NCBI GenBank assembly: GCA_965204345.1
Contig: OZ241981.1
Coordinates: 1,760,001-1,824,000, forward strand
Direction of reading: 5' to 3'
Source: Nitrosopumilus sp.
GTDB lineage: Archaea; Thermoproteota; Nitrososphaeria; Nitrososphaerales; Nitrosopumilaceae
DNA length: 64,000 bases
Shown here in pieces: positions 62,407-64,000 of this stretch. A program made the translations under genes and the position numbers. The notes under the pieces are model-generated. The model searched no databases, had not been told where the DNA came from, and saw nothing but the letters and a program-made list of their open reading frames with translations. How positions within the stretch are numbered: the first letter of the stretch is position 1; each line of letters opens with the position of its first letter.

Positions 62407-63594
62407 AAACACATCACAAATAAAACAAAAACAATTCTGTTTGCATCCCTGATTGCTGCAATGATTCTGCCATTTAGTGGTATGCAATTTGCAGAAGCAA
62501 AACAAGACAAAAATAACGATGTAAATAAACTACAAGCATACGAACGCAAACTAGCTTATTTACAAGAAAAAGCGCTACGTGATAACAAAATTGATGACAA
62601 AGAATTAGTTGAAAGAGTGGGAAAAAATTGGGAATCTCAATACGAATCCAAAACTGAATTTGATTTTAAACAAAATCAAATCAAATCATATGTGACTTCT
62701 GATCTTGAAGAAAATGGTTGGAATGAATTTATGATCAAGGGAAATGTTCGGATACATAATTTTGACACCATTATTGGAAAGACAGGTAGTAGTCATGAAA
62801 TTGTCGGTTTAATTGCTGGACTTGAAAAAATCCAAGAAACTTATGCCCAACCAGAACCTGTGATAAAATTCCATGATTGGATTGCCCAACAATACAATAT
62901 CCCAACAACAGAAAATGCAATTGAAGAACGTATTACTGAAATCGTAGGAGATTCAAAATACAGAAACATCAGTAGCAACATCTACAAATCATTCAATGAT
63001 ATGGCACAAAATGGTAACGTGCCATCAGAATTATTTGATGAAGATATGGCTTATTGGAATGTAATTATCAATATTTCATTCTGTCAATTTGATGATGGTT
63101 GTAACGTTGATGTACTCAATGAAATATTAGAAACCAAATCCTACGAACGAGAAGTTACTGAAATACCAGATATGGCACAAACATGGCTGGATCTTGTGCT
63201 TCCAAAAGCTTTTGCTTGGTCCGAAACTAGTCATAGTTCCTATGTTTATGGACACCCCTATGCATGTGATTATGGTACATGTAAAGTAAGTACTAGTAAA
63301 AGTTTCAGTACTGGAGAGCATTCAATTTATGCAACAAGCCCTTCATGGCCACAACCTCATGGCAAGATGCACGGTGTAGGTAATACATCATTCAAAATGT
63401 ATGGCTCTTCTTGTGGTTCACCAAGTGCATATCATAGCGTAGTAGTAGAGACTGAGGTAGGATATAGAGATAGTTCAGTTACTGATGGTGGATATGGTTG
63501 TGGAATTGCACAAAAGACTTTCCGACCTAGTACAAATCCACACAGTGTTTGGACATGGACTACCACAGCTACAACAAATGCTTGGTTGCCTTAA
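62404..63594 (+). CDS. Secreted protein: helical pro-like region plus Cys/Ser/Thr-rich C-terminal domain
   Basis: Signal peptide KTILFASLIAAMILPFSGMQFAEA; internal LVLPKAFA|W before a sharp change in composition. Confidence 0.9.
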   Translation: MKHITNKTKTILFASLIAAMILPFSGMQFAEAKQDKNNDVNKLQAYERKLAYLQEKALRDNKIDDKELVERVGKNWESQYESKTEFDFKQNQIKSYVTSDLEENGWNEFMIKGNVRIHNFDTIIGKTGSSHEIVGLIAGLEKIQETYAQPEPVIKFHDWIAQQYNIPTTENAIEERITEIVGDSKYRNISSNIYKSFNDMAQNGNVPSELFDEDMAYWNVIINISFCQFDDGCNVDVLNEILETKSYEREVTEIPDMAQTWLDLVLPKAFAWSETSHSSYVYGHPYACDYGTCKVSTSKSFSTGEHSIYATSPSWPQPHGKMHGVGNTSFKMYGSSCGSPSAYHSVVVETEVGYRDSSVTDGGYGCGIAQKTFRPSTNPHSVWTWTTTATTNAWLP

Positions 63595-63620
63595 ATACCA
63601 CCCACTTCTTTTTTTATATT

Positions 63621-64000
63621 ATGAATAATTCAATTTTTGTATTCTCAGTTGTTTTAGTTGTGTCCATGCTGATTGGTATGAATTATGAATCACTATACAA
63701 TTATGGTCAATGGATATCACTTATGAATGGAATTACTGATCTTAGATTTTCAGACACACATGAAGCAGTTAATAATTTAGGACACTATTCAACGTTGGGG
63801 CACATTGCAATAATTGATGAGAATTCTATCGAGGTTACGTTTAACAACAAAAATAATTATGGCATATATTCAGAGGGAGTAAAGATTTGGAGTATTCCAA
63901 CTCAATTTGAATTTATCAAGACAGTAAACGTAGGCGATATTTTTATCGTCCATTGTAGAGAACATGACCAAGGCTTAGGAGCACAGTTGTTGGAATTAGT
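63621..64000 (+). CDS. Membrane-anchored partner protein B' (partial, runs off window)
   Basis: MNNSIFVFSVVLVVSMLIG...SIEVTF...IPTQFEFIKTVNVGDIFIVHC; open to the window end. Confidence 0.8.
   Translation, partial: MNNSIFVFSVVLVVSMLIGMNYESLYNYGQWISLMNGITDLRFSDTHEAVNNLGHYSTLGHIAIIDENSIEVTFNNKNNYGIYSEGVKIWSIPTQFEFIKTVNVGDIFIVHCREHDQGLGAQLLEL

Noticed and set aside
59276-62549. Minus-strand ORFs 59276..59536 and 62160..62549 as a duplicated gene
   Set aside because: They overlap the starts and promoters of real + strand genes, lack motifs, and their similarity is explained by the duplicated leader.

Overview
64-kb window from an ammonia-oxidising archaeon (Nitrososphaerota, Nitrosopumilus-like; inferred from gene content, TFB/aIF-1A/Gar1/SRP19 and an intron-containing tRNA-Leu). 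Intact core blocks (sufBD-Rieske-sufSU, pgk, hemB/hemA/sirC/ahbAB, chdC-like, sufC, tfb, gar1, srp19, rps8e, scpAB, adh, aIF-1A, csp, dur3-ureCBA) alternate with three accessory islands (about 1-17.5 kb, 34.7-45.66 kb and 59.1-64 kb) rich in secreted proteins. Main observations: (1) three large multidomain surface proteases share a MAM-like jelly-roll domain and each has a disabled catalytic domain: an S8 subtilase split by one in-frame TAG, a gluzincin with an in-frame TGA immediately before HEFGH, and an M72/reprolysin-like protein with all four Zn/catalytic residues substituted. (2) A cassette-like array of secreted protein plus membrane-anchored partner pairs sits behind a duplicated 252-bp leader. 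It includes a neprosin-like glutamic peptidase and an apparent orphan C-terminal module, resembling a polymorphic toxin/immunity locus. (3) A family of ~160-bp elements with IS6-like GGTTCTG ends marks island borders and brackets the 8-kb gluzincin gene. (4) A 2-kb tandem duplication has divergence confined to hypervariable blocks. (5) A DtxR-like TTAGCTNNNCCTAW box is shared by sufB, sufC and an accessory secreted gene. All calls come from reading the sequence by eye; no database searches were run.
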